Position numbers and translations under genes: made by a program. The notes beneath the pieces were generated by a model. That model had not been told where the DNA came from. It worked only from the letters and a program-made list of their open reading frames with translations, and searched no databases. DNA of 62,469 nt, counting the filler, from Choristocarpus tenellus KU-1152 (Eukaryota > Protista > Phaeophyceae): the NCBI GenBank assembly GCA_964200185.2. It is 11 parts of 11 records of this genome, joined end to end, with 100 filler letters (N's around TTAATTAATTAA, not from the genome) between each part and the next. Parts side by side here need not be neighbours in the genome. Positions count along the whole stretch, not along the records: positions 33,864 to 46,486 come from CAXNAD020001760.1; positions 46,587 to 50,171 come from CAXNAD020019106.1; positions 50,272 to 53,329 come from CAXNAD020022617.1; 8 more parts are not named here. The stretch is one strand, 5' to 3'. Positions 38,428-52,943 of the stretch are shown here, piece after piece. The stretch's first letter is position 1; every line of letters begins with the position of its first letter.

Positions 38428-41400
38428 ATGGGTAGGGTTCGAAGGTACAAGAAGGTCAAGGCCATAGATCCCTTTTCCAAGCAAAAGGGGAAGAAGATCA
38501 ATGAATTGGACAGGAATCTTCCCCCCGATGTCAAGAACCACGAGGCGCAGCGATTGAATGAAGGTTAGAAGTCGTGAAAGGTGTTAAGGACAACCCAAGT
38601 GATTTGAGTTTTACGTGGGTACTGGACCCTAAACAACGTTGGTATAGACTTGTAGGTTAGTAGGGCTTTGTAGGGCTAGTAGTAAGGTTCCACGACCGAA
38701 CCCAGCAGTCTTTTGCTCAATTGTAATCATTTCGGGCAGCATTGGTCACCACCTACATTGACAACCGACCAATTCCATCGATTAGTTTCGCTATACCTAG
38801 GATATGGTACCCAGGACTGAGAGGTGCTCACAATTACTAGGTTCAGTGTTGATCTTTTAAATGGCTTCCCCCCACTGGTCAAATGAAAATTTACACAGAT
38901 GGATCACGAAAACGCAAGTTGAGGCGGCGTCTGCCAGGTTGGGCGCAGGAAGAAGTGCGAGCGACAGCTAAGAGCGTCAGGGATGAGTACGCTGGAATCG
39001 GCCAGGAGTCTAGCACATCTCGGCAAAAGGTGCAGCTGATGATTGAGTAAAAATAGAGAAGAATTGGATGATTTTGAGCGTGTTTTTCTGTCTGGTACTA
39101 TCTTTGGGCTACGTGGATGGAGTCGATGTCCTCCTCAACAGTATGGTCCTTGTGTGTCCGTTGGAGGTTGAACGACTTTCCTTGGAATTGATTTCTGGTG
39201 GAGAGGGTGCTAAACGAAGACTATAAAGGCACAAATTTGAGGTGAACGGTGTGTATGATATCTACTCTCTCGACGTTCGAGTAGTTTTACTCGTTTGATT
39301 ATTTCCTCCTTCCAAGTACCACTCTCAGATCCCGCCTCCTCTGTGGATCCCACATCGTATCCAGGCGAGGCCAGAGATTGAGGGAAAGCGGCCAGATGAA
39401 AATTTGCGCCAGTTCAATAAGCGTGTTCGTGAGGAGACCTCACAGATGCTGAGAGACGAATACCGTGAGAACAGCGCTACCAGCAAGAGGAAGAAAAGGT
39501 ACAATTTGGATGGGAGGGGGCATTACTTTTGATGTTACAAGTCGACTCAGGATTCAGGCAACCTTATCTCTTCCCTGATCAACTATTTTTTGGGGGCTGG
39601 TACTAAAGCCTTGTTTGTCTGTAGCTGCCATGCAATATCCCACCACCCTTACCTGCCCACGCATGAGTGCTCCCTTTTGGCCTTTGGATGGCAACCGTGT
39701 TCGGCCCATGGAAGATATGTTAAAGTTTGGGAAGACATTTGTCATATGCCTATACTTCGATATCAACACAGAAAAAACTCCTGAAGCGTGGTCCATATGG
39801 AGGCATTCATGCCCCTGTTGTCTCTGCTTGGAATAGAGAGATTGACGGAGGGAAGACCAGTAAGGCCAGATGATCAGTGCTTCATCCTCTCCATAGCATT
39901 CTTATTCCTTGTTGAGCTTGTGGGTGAACACTCCCCCCAAAGTTGGCGAAGAAAGTTCCTGAGTTCAAGTGTGACCCTCTACCCTTGACTAGTCATTCCA
40001 CACTTGTGACCCTAACACCTCTTGGCGTTGGTGCTACAGATATCTTGATGATAAGAAACTGAAGAGGAAGTTGAAGAAGCAGGGGCGTTGGGAGGAGATT
40101 CAGCGGCTCAATCATTTGGGTAGACAAGAGGATAGCAAAGAGACCATGGGCAAAGGGGGTAAAGGTTTTGGGGGTGCAGGGGGGGAGGGGAGGGCAAGAG
40201 CTGCAGAAGTGGATGCGCAGGAAGCATTTGTTGGGGGCGGTGATGAGCTGAACTTTCCTGTGGCAGAGCGCTTGAGGTGCGAATTTTGTGAGGTGCAGTA
40301 GAATGGTGGTAGGCTCTCGGAGGTGAAGGAGGGAAAGATCTCTGTGTAGGGAACACATGTTGAATTCCTTTCGTTGCTACTTCAGCACAGACCAATGCTT
40401 ACTGATAATGGGGAGGATAAGTGTCGTTGATGGATCTGTACACTCCCAGGATTTTGTCACAGTATTCATCACCACAATGCACCTTCCTCTCCCCCTCAGT
40501 TATTTACCCAACAACTGATTGTGGAATACTGCCATCAGATGATATCCCCCTGAGCACTTCTCCATTTTTCTTTGTCTAAATATTGAGCAATCGTGACATC
40601 GTATGCCTGCTTTATACCCATTTTATATCTTCATGGCTATGTTGGTACTAACCTAAGAGATAGCATGGACTAGCCCCCTGCCCTGTCCCTGGTCCTGCCC
40701 TCAAACTATTGAAGAACTAGTGATTTGTTGCCGATATGTATTCTCAGATAGCTGTCTCAATAAGTGTTTTTCACATGGGTAGATCATGCCATAGTGCGTT
40801 TTGAGAGGCGATGAACACCAGCTGTTGAGTGACCCCATTGAAAGAAAATAGTTTTGTACTTAAATGCTTTGTATATGAGTAGTCCTTCAGAGTCTTCATG
40901 TTTTGCTTTAGGCTGCCCATGACTCTGTAATATTCAGGTATCATCATTTTTAGCAGTGAGTATAGTACTCACTTTTTAATATTTTATTTATCAGATTTCA
41001 AATGTATGCCTGTATAATAAACTTTTAAAACAGTTTGTGAAATATCTGTGTGACCAAGTTGGGGCCATCGTTTGAAAGTCCAAGGCACTTATCTTTGGTG
41101 TGGGATGCATGTTACCTGATTTCACATCACAGTAGTGGCAATATTTTTCCAAGGACACTCATTATTCAATCAAAGGCGAACAAACTCTAGCGTGAAATCC
41201 TTCGTGAATGTTTCAGGTTTGTGGATGTAAAAAGTCCATAGTCGCAGCTTACCATTGTGCAAAGTTATTTCCTCTCTTTTGTGGTTTGGGCACAGAAACT
41301 ATCAAAATTGACTGTTATCAGTTCATATACTGTCCCCATGCCTTCCTTATTTCTCACTTCCAAGGTTTGGAGAGGTAGCACATGCACCCCCAAACTTGGA

Positions 41401-41680
41401 TAAACTTGCTAAGCCAAGGGGCCTCCGAGTTGATAAAAGCTCCAAACCGTGGGCAAGGCAGGGACCCCCTGCTGGCAGGGACACTGGCAACCAAGGGATA
41501 AGGGGAGGGACGGCATCTGGGGTAGCTGCCCATACTGGGGGTTTTGTTGAAGGAGAGGAGGGTCAGGCATCAAGGAAGCGACAAATGGAGCAGATGAGAC
41601 AGCAGGTTCAGGATGCTTATGCTGGTCTGAAGAAGAAACGCCGATCTGGACAGTTGCAGTTTGTGGCAAGTGACTTGTAG
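38428..41680 (+). CDS. CCDC137-like basic coiled-coil protein, apparently complete, 5 exons
   Basis: Exons 38428-38563, 38899-39029, 39365-39498, 40040-40276, 41365-41680 are in frame from MGRVRRYKKVKAIDPF to the stop. Motifs KRPDENLRQFNKRV, RFGEVAHAPP and MEQMRQQVQDAYAGLKKKR recall CCDC137. Confidence 0.8.
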
Positions 41681-44600
41681 ATGTGATACAGTGTAGTGCA
41701 ACGGGTGTGAGGTAGATTGGGTACTGAGTGTAGAGGACAATGTATGTGAAGATACCTTATGTTTGATGATTAATGTGGAGAACTACCTACAACCAGTCAA
41801 GCGGGTCAACTCTCTTGAGAATTGTACTCAACTCTGTGTGAAATGGATATTCTAATATTATTCAGGCAAGATGAAATGACAAGCTCATTGGTATGGGATC
41901 TGCAGGTCGGTTACTGGTTGTCTCTCTATGGGGACACTTGCTTCTCCTCCGTGATCTACCCTCTCCTGCCCTACAACCTGTTCCAAAGCACCAAAACATT
42001 GTATCAACTTGTCAAGTGTATCTATGTCAAGGAGTTTGATAAATGCAGAACATTACGGGCATGGGTAACTCAGTAGAGTGCAAAGACCAAAACACAGCAC
42101 ACGTGTGGCCGCAGCAAATCCTAAACCAGCACACACCATGGTTGGATCCAAGGGACATGTGATGCAACCTTGCCCACCTTGAGAGCCTTTTCATCATCTA
42201 ACCACTCATTTTTGATCTGGGGCAGGTTAACATTATGCTCTCTTTTGATACAAATGAAACCAAGTGGATGGACCTATGTGGTTTACACGCATAGTTCTTT
42301 GTGAGGGATTGAAGACAAACCTCATCGCTTTAGTCGCACAACATGACCCAGTGTCACCTAATTGCGTTACTTCAATTGTCCAGCTCACCTCTTGACAGCT
42401 TTGAATTGCTCAACTTTTTTTTTTTAGTGCGCAGGTGGGCTCTCCCCCACTCCTGTGATTGCTTTTGGTGCCATTGAATTAATATTTCTGAAACTTCCCT
42501 GGTTGTTGCTATGCCTCTTGACATGCTAAGATACCCACCTGACTTTGACACTATCACCACAAAGATGTCTCAATTTCACCTTCTCACTGGTGTTCGTCCT
42601 TCAAATATTTGCATTGAACACTTTTTTTTTAATGTGCAATTCTTTTTTTTCTTGATGACGACTATTACTCAATGACAGTAATCTGGGCAATGTGCATGAA
42701 ATGGATCGTTATGTGTCATGAAGTTGGAGTAGCAATTGGCGGGTAAGTACTTTGGTGCCCCCTTCGAGTCCACTTCTTTCGAGGAGTGAAATCGTTCCAT
42801 CTTCAAGGGGGTCATGTTGATGAATTACTCAGCCATGGAATCATTTCACAGGCAATCTATGTATATATCTTGGTGTGTGTTTTGACCTTTCTAGTCGCCT
42901 ACGCCACAATGAGACCCATCTGCAGTGACTACTTACATGAACTTCTAGTCATTTACTGTACATGTTTAGTGAACACTGATGATATTGTTAAAGCTCAGAT
43001 AGACCTTATTACTGTTCCTGTTGTTCAGTTTATGCATCATAGTCTTGAGGGGTCCCAATACTGTCTAGATGTACTCAGAAGAAGGCAATACACACTGCTT
43101 GAGAAAATGTAAATAGTACCAACCACAGAAAATTGGTATTGAGAAAGGAGAAAGGAGATTTGATACAATACAGCCGCAATGGGTTCCGAACATAAACTCA
43201 GGTTTAATGCATGAATGCCCAGTACTTGAGGTATGACATCATATGAGTCATCACAAATTGCGAGGGCCTATGTCTTCTTCACCCTACCTTCAACTACAGA
43301 GCAATGGCATCTTCTGAGCGGCTGCAGTTGATGGTGGCCACTTCATAATTGGTTGGAAATAGCGATGCTGATACTGTGTGTGGCTGTGGGTACCGAAGGT
43401 GGAGGAATTGCTGCGAGTGGCAGAATATCCAGACATGAAGCTGGCATCTTGAAGTTGTGGCCTTCTCCCCTCAGAGACCCCCCCGTGTGCGTTGCTCTGC
43501 AAGGAATAGTGCCACGAGCTCCTGCACAATAGGGGTATGCATGGCCTCGACATACATTGCATTGTTCCTTGAATTAGTTCCACATCGACCCTCACTTATC
43601 CTTTCCCGGACATGTGACCAACATTAATGGCAAACAACACAGATACCTTCCTTAAAGACAGCTTAGTCTGTATGATACATTGCACTGACATACTGCAAAT
43701 AAGTGATGGTGCACTGGTCAGCATGCAAAGGGTCTGGAATTTGAGATGCATTTTTTCTTCAGGTACATCTTCCCTGACAAGGTGAACCCTCGTCGAGGCC
43801 TAGTGGATTCTCACTGGATCCTTGTGCTGCTATATGGCAAATGTGTTCAATGGTACCTTCAAGGCAGTAGGACAGCATCATCTGGAATAAATGCACGAGA
43901 TGCTCTCCAGTGATGAGGCATTGTTGCATGATCTTGGGATGGCCGCCGAGGTGTATGTTGTTCCCCCTTGGCGTGGTTGGAGGGCGTGAGCTCATAGAAA
44001 TACTCCTACTGCAAATAAGTGGGGTGATGTGGCAATATGGAATAGGAAATGTGGTGTTAGCATATATGCAAGCAATGGTAAGATGATAACTTAGAAATGT
44101 CTCCTACTCGCTCACGTAACAATTCGTGCAGTATATATTTTCCACTTACAAACGCTGTGAAGTATGAGAGTTTTATGCTGACCACCTCTGCCAGATTCCT
44201 GATCTCTCCGAAGTAGTAGAGAATAACCTCCATCAGTCCTTCGATAATATGATCGGCAAACGCCAATACATCTCCACTATGCATTACTTCATTCATTTTG
44301 TCATCTTTCGTATCTTTGACATGCTTGAAGCCCTCTACATTCCAGTTATCTGCTTTCAGAGAAGTCTTATCTTTACCTAGCCCTTGGTCTTGTTGGAAAA
44401 CTGTGACTTGCACATTGACTGCATCCCAATCGAGAATGTGGTGGGGATGCGCATCCTTGTACTTCCACTTCGTCCCTAGCAAGCCCCCATGCACATGGAT
44501 GTGGCATTGGTGCCACTATCTATGGCTGAAACTTCTTCTCACGATAGTGTAGAAGGGATGTCACATAGTTTACCATTTTTGGACTGCTATGGTACATCCT

Positions 44601-46586
44601 GTGGCAGTCATCACATGCGTACACAGTGCAGTGCCCCAGGGCAAAAGCTATCACCACAGTGGTAAAGTTCCCCACTTCATGCACAGGTAATGCAGTCTTG
44701 GCACATCACGATCGAAAATGGAAGACACTTTTGATGTAGCCTGGTTCTAATGCAACAACAGAGAGAGAGCAAAATGAGAAAAGCAGTAACTACTATTAGT
44801 ATTGAGGAGAAAAATTATGATGATGACAATGGTACATATCGATTGGAATAGGAACACATACAACATGAATTGATGTATGAAATGAAGTCTTGGACAAAAT
44901 AATAACCAAACAATACCGATTGAGTGAAGTACCAATTAATCACAACTGTTAGGAATATATGACAGTATGGTGAAGCCCATCACTACTGGTTGAAGGGGAC
45001 ACATACCCCATATTTTCACAGCATCATAAAATACTTAAGAAGTACATTGATTTTCAGAATATAAACACAACCTACCACACTTTAATAGACACACCTGGTC
45101 GGCAACCAGCTTCCGGAATTGGCATGGCGCCCAAACTGCAGTCAATAGACCTACTTCGCACGAGCTGGGACATGCTTATTTAGCCCCAATGCCGGATCCG
45201 CAACGTTCCTAATGGTCTGCATTTTATGGTAAGTGCAATGAACTAGGTCAATCTAACTTGTATAAGGAGTGGTCGTCTACTCTAGTCCCATGTGTCCTGT
45301 ATCCCCCGCCATGAGTCCAGCATGACGAGTTTCTCACAAGTTCATGAAAATATCCCACTGCAAGTAAGGGTACCACTACAAGTTCTCCCGCGCGCTCGCG
45401 CATGTATAATTCAAAAATATCATTTCTGTAACCTGAAACATATTTTATACTACACACTATAATGTTACCACTACCTCCTGTTTGGGTCATTCTCGCGTAC
45501 GTATAGTATAAAATAACACGTAATTCCTATCCGATCATCCCTACATTACCATTACTGGTTCATGTGCTTGCGCGCGCGTAGTATTAACGGAGGTATTATG
45601 ATACAGTAATAGTAGGTATAAAATCGTGAAGAGCCCCACACAGGACGTTCCTGGACACAATGGCTTCTTGGGGGGTTGGGGGAGAGGGTTTTTATTGACA
45701 AGATGTTTAGTATGCTGTGAGGAAGATTCCATCTCATGAAATGTTGACTGTGCGAAGCGCACCAGAATAGGTCTCCACTACTCAAGTTTGCCTAGATTAC
45801 AACTAGTTGTTGATGTCATCTAGATACAAGCAAGGTTGCCTGGTTGGAACTCATTGGAGTCCCCTGTAGTGATGCCCAAACCTCATGGCAGTGGGTGACT
45901 GTTGAACTGTTTCCAAAAAGCAGTGAAATTGGAAGGTGGAGGGCGCAAGAAGGACCAGAACTCAAATGATGGGTGGATCTGTATAATATCGGGCAAGAAT
46001 TTTGGATGGGTCAATGGTCTCACTAGCAACAATTTCAAATGTCATTTAAGAAGAAAAACGCACAAATAGGTGAGGACACCTTGAGTTGCCGAAGGTCGTT
46101 GATATTGTGAATGCTCCTGCTCTTTTTACCACTCCTATTCTATATATGGTGTACCTTGGCTGGCGATTATAGCAACGGGTGACTTTGTACTACTACTACT
46201 ATGTACAGGGTGGGAGAGAGTAAAATCCATTGGGTGGTGTAAGCCTACGATTAGTGGGGTTTTCCCCTCATGTACAAACTGTGCTAACACTTGTAGTGGA
46301 AAAGCTGCCAACCCCCTGCAGGTGATTGAGTGCAGTGGCGGTGGAGTTCCCCTGGTGTGGAGTCAGTGAAGGGATTTTATTCTTGGGTGTTCGAGTTCAT
46401 CTCTCCCATTCAAGGTGGCACTTCTTTGGAGGCATACCCATCATGGCAACTCCACTGGGTCAAAGTATCTGGGGGGGGGGGGGGGGNNNNNNNNNNNNNN
46501 NNNNNNNNNNNNNNNNNNNNNNNNNNNNNNTTAATTAATTAANNNNNNNNNNNNNNNNNNNNNNNNNNNNNNNNNNNNNNNNNNNN

Positions 46587-46629
<43 letters not shown>

Positions 46630-47225
46630 GGGGAGAGGAGTGGTGAACCACACTGGCTTGGGGTAGGGGGAGAGCAGGGCCTCGTAGCTGGTTCGGTGTT
46701 GCCACACCCATCTGTACCTTTGACAGATCTGCCTTGAGGGTGAGCCATGCTTGGTACTATGAGAAAGTTATATATAGTGGTGAGAGGAGGGGGAAGGGAG
46801 GGAATGAGTACGTGGGATAAGGCATTAAGTAGTACAGTGGTGATACGTAGAATGACTTTGTTGGAAAGTGGGGCAGCAAAACATAGTGGGAATTTTAAAA
46901 AAAGCATCAAAGAGGAGGAAAAAAGAGGAAATGTAAAGAGCAGTCTTGTTTCAGTGTAAACACCACTGAAAAGATATAAAAAAAGAACCATAAAACACCA
47001 ATAAGGTGCAAGCATGCCCACGAAAAATACCCACCAGGTGCTCACTCTTACGTATCAATGACATCCCCCCTCTAGCATCCAGGAGGAGTATCACAACAAC
47101 ACAATAGCAAAAGACGTTCACAACAACGAACCAGATATGTAAGTAACACATTCAAACACAACAGATCAAAAAAAAGAAATGAAGTAGCGGAGGCCAAGGG
47201 GGGACGTGGGAGGGAGGAAACTCAC

Positions 47226-49329
47226 CCTCTCCTGGGACTCTCCACTGTAAGGGGCAAAATAAGAACTTGCCAATGCTTGACGAGCTGTCCAGCGATGGCG
47301 TGGGTCAAGGTTAAGTAATCCCTGAAGCATTTCCGACAGAGCAGGATCCAGACTCACCCCCTTTTTGGCCTCTCCAGCCAGCACCTGCAGAGTTAGTCCA
47401 TGTCATCTAATGTGATCTAGTATCATCTAATGCGATCTAGTATCACCTAATGTGATCTAGTACCATCTAATGCAATCTAGTATCATCTAATGTGATCTAG
47501 TGTCATCTAATGCAGACCAAAGCAAGTATAGGATTAAAGCAATCTAGTAGGCCTTTCACTGGTCCGGCAAAATTAAAACCCTCCTGCCCACCAGCTGGAC
47601 CAGTCCCACAATTATCTGACATGTACTGGACCATGTCCACCAGTCGAACCTGGTCCAACATTCTCCTAACCTATCTGGACCATGTCCACAGGGTACTGTA
47701 CTACAGTCCAAAACTGTCAAATTCTTTTGTTAACTAAAGCAAAAAAAGAGAATAGAGTGCAAAGTATTCAAAGTTCAAGTTCCACGTGGACGTAAGAAAT
47801 CATGAACAACATGCCCGCATGGATGTACGACAGAAATGCCAGGGGTCGTATGTATGCGCCGAAATTATTTTTATTTCACTACAAAAATTGAAGATGTATT
47901 ACTATTATTTTTTTGTTATCTAAAAAAAATTGTACACAGAAAGACAAGGAGGGAAATGAAAAAGTATGGTCACAGGGGGAATCACTGAGCAACACAGAAT
48001 TGAAATAAAGAAATAAATAATGGATATGTATGTATGTATGTATGTAAATATATACGATTCACAAAAACAGAAGCACGCTTTGAAATAATCCACCAATCAC
48101 AAGCTTCCATTAAACATCTCGATCATTTTATTGGTCTGCATCCACGAATCACCTCAACTGAATTGTCAAATTTCACAACACCAAACATTTGGGGGTGAGG
48201 CTGGTCCGCTAGGTAAACCCTATATAGTCCTGATGGATGGTCAGACATCACAACTATAAATCATACATTAGACTGGATAGCCGATATCCAATGTCAAGAC
48301 CTGCTAAATGCAGAGCTCTCTGAACACCTCCTTGCAGCAGGGATGACTGTACTCAGATCAGAGATGACCAATGCATTGTATTTATGGACCAGTCAGAACC
48401 CTCATGTTTAAAAAATGGAAATACAATGAACTGGCAAGTACGAACTGCTAAAAAGAGCTATCACACACCCCCATTCAGAAACTGACCCTAATTCAACGTT
48501 CCCAATTATCTGATAGGACTGTGCTAATGACTGATGATATCTAACACACAGTACTACAGTACTACAGTACTAGTACCTCAATTGATGGAGGACTGCATAC
48601 TGCACCTACTAGAAAAGGTCTGTTGATACATTAAAAAAAAAGAATTGAGTTGGGGAATGATATGTAAATATATACAGCTAGAGATTTATATTGAAATATT
48701 TCAAACAATGACAGAAAGCACTCATGAGATGATACACAACACACATCTATTCCACTTCAATATATATTTGTTATCTTTAATGAAAAAAGTGCCATATTCC
48801 CAATCAACCAATGAATGAACGACCTCAGAAGGCATACAGTACTAAACAATTACAAAAAAAAAACACATGATATACAACAAAATCACACACATGTGTCACG
48901 TTCCATCTCAAACAAGAACACTTACTGCTAACAAAAAAAAAAATTGATATAATACATAATTCCTTGGGAAAATCAGGACTCAGGATCAGAGATAGGATAA
49001 CAAATGGTGAAAAACTTATTTACATATTTAATGTATATCTTGAGCTGTATATATACACTACAAAGTATAAACATATATACATTATATATTTATTTATTTA
49101 TTAATGGGGGGTGGGAGGGAGTTCCACCTTATCAAGACGTGGCTTGAAGTGAAGACTCTTGCCCTCAGCATCCACAGGACGAAGTTTCTTATATAAAGGA
49201 GCTTTCGTTCCCTCTGGCCACCTCTCATGTGTTGGGGTCCCACAGCACTTCACTATAAACTCCAGCTGCTGTGCACGACTCCTTCCACCAAAAATCGGCT
49301 TGCCAAGAGCAAGCTGTGCAGCCAGGCAC
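47226..49329 (-). CDS. CMGC (CDK/MAPK-like) Ser/Thr kinase, C-lobe exons
   Basis: Exons 49329-49128 and 47384-47226: (G)CLAAQLALGKPIFGGRSRAQQLEFIVKCCGTP...WP...|...LQGLLNLDPRHRWTARQALASSYF (subdomains IX-XI). Confidence 0.9.
47401..47514. repeat. Minisatellite, 20-bp unit x~5.6
   Basis: t(g/a)tcatctaatg(t/c)gatctag repeated. Confidence 0.95.
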
Positions 49330-49599
49330 CTGGGAGGTGTTGTTTCTTGTGTTAGTAGTTTGTGGTTATTAAAAATAGTAAAAATAGTGACTGTGTCAGT
49401 AGGAAGGTACCAAGTATCACTCCAGATCTATCAAATCTGCATGACTTTGCACAAAAGCTATCCAGACATCCTAAACATCAACCAACTACCTACTGTACTA
49501 CGTTGAAGCACTCCTAATGTCCCTACATTTACCTAAGAGCTGGTAACATGTGCAAGAGGAGAATAGGTGCATAAGCCCCATTTCCTTCAACAAAAAACA

Positions 49600-49630
<31 letters not shown>

Positions 49631-50271
49631 ACAACACCAACAAACAAACAAAGAAAAAAAAATACAANNNNNNNNNNTTTCCTAACAACGCGTAAAAAGA
49701 GGAAAAGGAGAATAGGCGCATAAGCCCCCTTTCCTAAAACAAAAAAACACCCCCCCCCCCCCCCCCCATAAAGGTAGAAATCTAAACATGCACGAGAAAT
49801 AATTATTAATAATTATTGATGTAAAAATAAGATGAACTAAATTGTTACTATTACAAACATAACCGTATGCATCCCATTATTATGACAGTTGCAGTGCACT
49901 CAGTTTGGGATGCAAAAGGGACTGGTGTCCGATGATCAGTTATGTTATATAATGGTATATTTCACAATGGACTAACCTGTGATGGTATGATGGTATATTG
50001 GGTTTACCTTACACCATCAGCACTAAACCATATATACCACCATACCAACTGACCAATCCCCCACCCCCCCCCCCCCCCCCCCCCCCTTTTTCCCCCCTCC
50101 CACCCCCCACCCCGAGCTTTATATTTTATCTTTTTTTCCTCCACCAGCACGTTTTAAAAAATTTAAAATTTNNNNNNNNNNNNNNNNNNNNNNNNNNNNN
50201 NNNNNNNNNNNNNNNTTAATTAATTAANNNNNNNNNNNNNNNNNNNNNNNNNNNNNNNNNNNNNNNNNNNN

Positions 50272-50470
50272 CCCCCCAGATACTTTGACCCATTTACCTA
50301 CTCCGAAAACGTTCCGGAGTAGGTAAAATGTATAAAACTATGAAAAGGTGTGTCCAGAACAAGGATATTGACACTTCCTAACAATCACGATAGCCAAAAT
50401 TGCATCAAAATCGCAAAATTGGATTTGGATCCCAAACGGACATGGCTCTACCCTCTTAGATGCTTTGACT
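50272..50470. mobile_element. MITE family 2 right end (to 50291) abutting the internal hairpin of a MITE family 1 half-copy
   Basis: ccagatactttgaccc|atttacctactccgaaaacgttccggagtaggtaaaatg...ccctcttagatgctttgact. Confidence 0.85.
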
Positions 50471-51800
50471 TACCCATTTCAAGGATCTGTTAGCTACAGG
50501 AGGATGCATCAGGAGGTTGGAGGGAGGAATTACAACACCCGGACTCCACCATTAACATGGTCCTGAACAAGCATGCAGCGTTGGAGGGCCGCATGCGATC
50601 AACTTTCCCTCTCCCATCACGTGAGTCATGCTGTTGGTGTGTTGCATGTACAGATTTCTTCTTACTTCCAAACACTTTCACTTCATTCCAAAAGTGGTCT
50701 CACATAGATGTACGGAGCGATTCATAATGGTCTATTCCCATTTCCCCACATATTGTGGACTTTTCATTTGCTGTCGTCCTGCATAGAGTACACAAACACA
50801 CATACAGATATACTGCTGACATTCGACAACTTCATGGCATTGAAGTACCTTGCTTGTAGACAATACCACTGATAATGATATTACAGGCATTTCCTCCTGA
50901 TCAAGTGTAATAATAATTACAGTTCTACAGTCTGCATTGAGAAATTTGATATTTACGTTACAAATGATGCCTCCGTCTGCTATACCCCTTCCTCATCTAC
51001 ACTATCAACCCCTACGTTATATGTTAGATCATATTCCTTCGTCGCCAAACTTTAGTTCAACTTTCACAACTGCAAACCAAGTACTACTGAAACAAACAGT
51101 TCTTGAGATCTTCAGGAAACAGTAATGCTAATTTCATTCAGTTTGGAGAGTCATTCTTTGTGGCATGCTTTACTCATGCTTGACCTACCTCTACCACTAC
51201 CGCTATTGCCACTATTAATACTACAACTACAATACATCCTACGAGTGATCTGACACTTCAACACACATTTGCCTATGTTATTGTCGTTAATGATATTATT
51301 AGCGATGGTACCAGTGTCACTGTAGCTACTCACTACTACTACTGCTTCTGCTACTAATGCTACTACTAGAAGATCAAGCGATGGAATAAGCCAGTCCTCT
51401 CAGACCAGCGGAGAGTCAACAGGCTGGGTTTCGCCATCAATCACACGCAAAGGAGAGGAGGAAGAGGGGTATTAGTGGACTATCTACTCCGGAGTGTATG
51501 ATTGGGTGCATGTTTACGAGAAGTAGTTTTACATCCTCAAAGATGGGCAGGTTGTGTACCTGCACCCCACTGAAGACCTCCCCAAACCCCCACGGGTACA
51601 GACAGAATAAGTGCTACATTTCGAAGGTGATGTTCCTTGCACCTGTGGCCCGCCCTAGGAAGCTTTCCAAGGGTGTGGTTCAATGTGAAAATCGGGATCT
51701 GGCCATCCGTGGACACTAGGGTCGCTCAGTGCTCCAGCAAACACAGCCCCAAGGGCACCAAGTTGCTTGTGCCAGTCACGGTGGATAGGGAGAGGTATAA

Positions 51801-52318
51801 GAGCCAAAGTATCTTAGAGGGTAGAGCCGCGTCCTTTTGTGGGTGAAAATCTGATGTTGCGATTTTGATGTAATTTTGGGCATCGTGTTAGTTAGGAAGT
51901 GTTGATATCCATGTTCTGCACACGCCTTTTCATAACGTATACATTTTACATACTGAGTGAAAGTATCTTAGAGGGTCTGAGTTTTGCCCTGTTTGTCTGT
52001 TTGGGGCTTGGCTTCCCATGGGATTTTTTTACATTTTCCTACTCTGAAATGTTTCAGAGGAGGTCGAAGGTATACGTTATGAAAAGGTGTGTCTGGAACA
52101 TGGATATTAACACTTCCTAACAAACACTATAGCCAAAATTACATCAAAATCGCAACACTCGATTTGCCCCCCTAATGGACGCGACTCTACCCTCTAAGAT
52201 AATTTGACTCTACTCCGAAACATTTTGGAGTACCAAAATATCATAAAATAACCCATCAGAAGCCAAGCTCCAAATGGCAAACAGGGCAAAATTCGTACCC
52301 CCTAAGATAATTTCACTC
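51801..52318. mobile_element. MITE family 1 (outer copy, TSD ATAA) containing a nested inverted copy
   Basis: ataa at 51797-51800 and 52319-52322. Confidence 0.95.
51955..52210. mobile_element. MITE family 1 (inner nested copy, TSD TACT)
   Basis: tact at 51951-51954 and 52211-52214; opposite orientation to the host copy. Confidence 0.95.
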
Positions 52319-52686
52319 ATAAGAAGCTCATGATCGAGGGTATTACCCCTGAAATCAAGGCCTGCATACGTAGGCCGGAAGGACACACCATCTTTGTACA
52401 GCAGGAGAGGGCAAACCCACACACCAAGTGGGGGATCACGAAGTTAAACGAGGAGGCGGCTGGGGAAAACGTTGTCACAGAAACCCAGCCAGTCAACTCA
52501 CCTGACCTCAATGTCAACAACCTGGTATGCTTTCATTCCATCCAGCAACTGAATGGAGGCGTGGGGGTGACTCACTGGTGGAGGTGTCAATTGAAGTGTT
52601 TGGTATGTCCTCATGCTGGGTCGTTCCTGTGTGCTAGCATGTCCTGGGAGACGCTAGAGCACGTCTGGCAGAGTCTCTTCGCAGTC

Positions 52687-52943
52687 GAGTGAAAGTATCT
52701 TAGAGGGTACAAGTTTTGCCCTGTTTGTCCGTTTGGGATTTGGCTTTCCTCAGGGGTTTTTATGAATTTTCCTACTCCAAAATATTTCGGAGTAGCTAAA
52801 ATGTATACATTATGAAAAGGTATGTCTGGAATAAGGATATTGACACTTCCTAACAAATACGGTAGCCAAAATTACATCAAATTCCATCATTGGATTTTGG
52901 CCCCCAAATGGACGCGGCTCTACCCTCTAAGATACTTTGACTC
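52687..52943. mobile_element. MITE family 1 (257 bp, TSD AGTC)
   Basis: agtc at 52683-52686 and 52944-52947; removal restores the mariner frame SLFAVYGK. Confidence 0.95.

Noticed and set aside
46610-46735. Possible further kinase exon
   Set aside because: Acceptor is plausible but frame and donor are ambiguous, and it runs into a low-quality poly-G contig end.
49555-49770. Duplicated sequence with poly-C
   Set aside because: Flanks a 10-N gap; error-rich duplicate typical of an assembly artefact.
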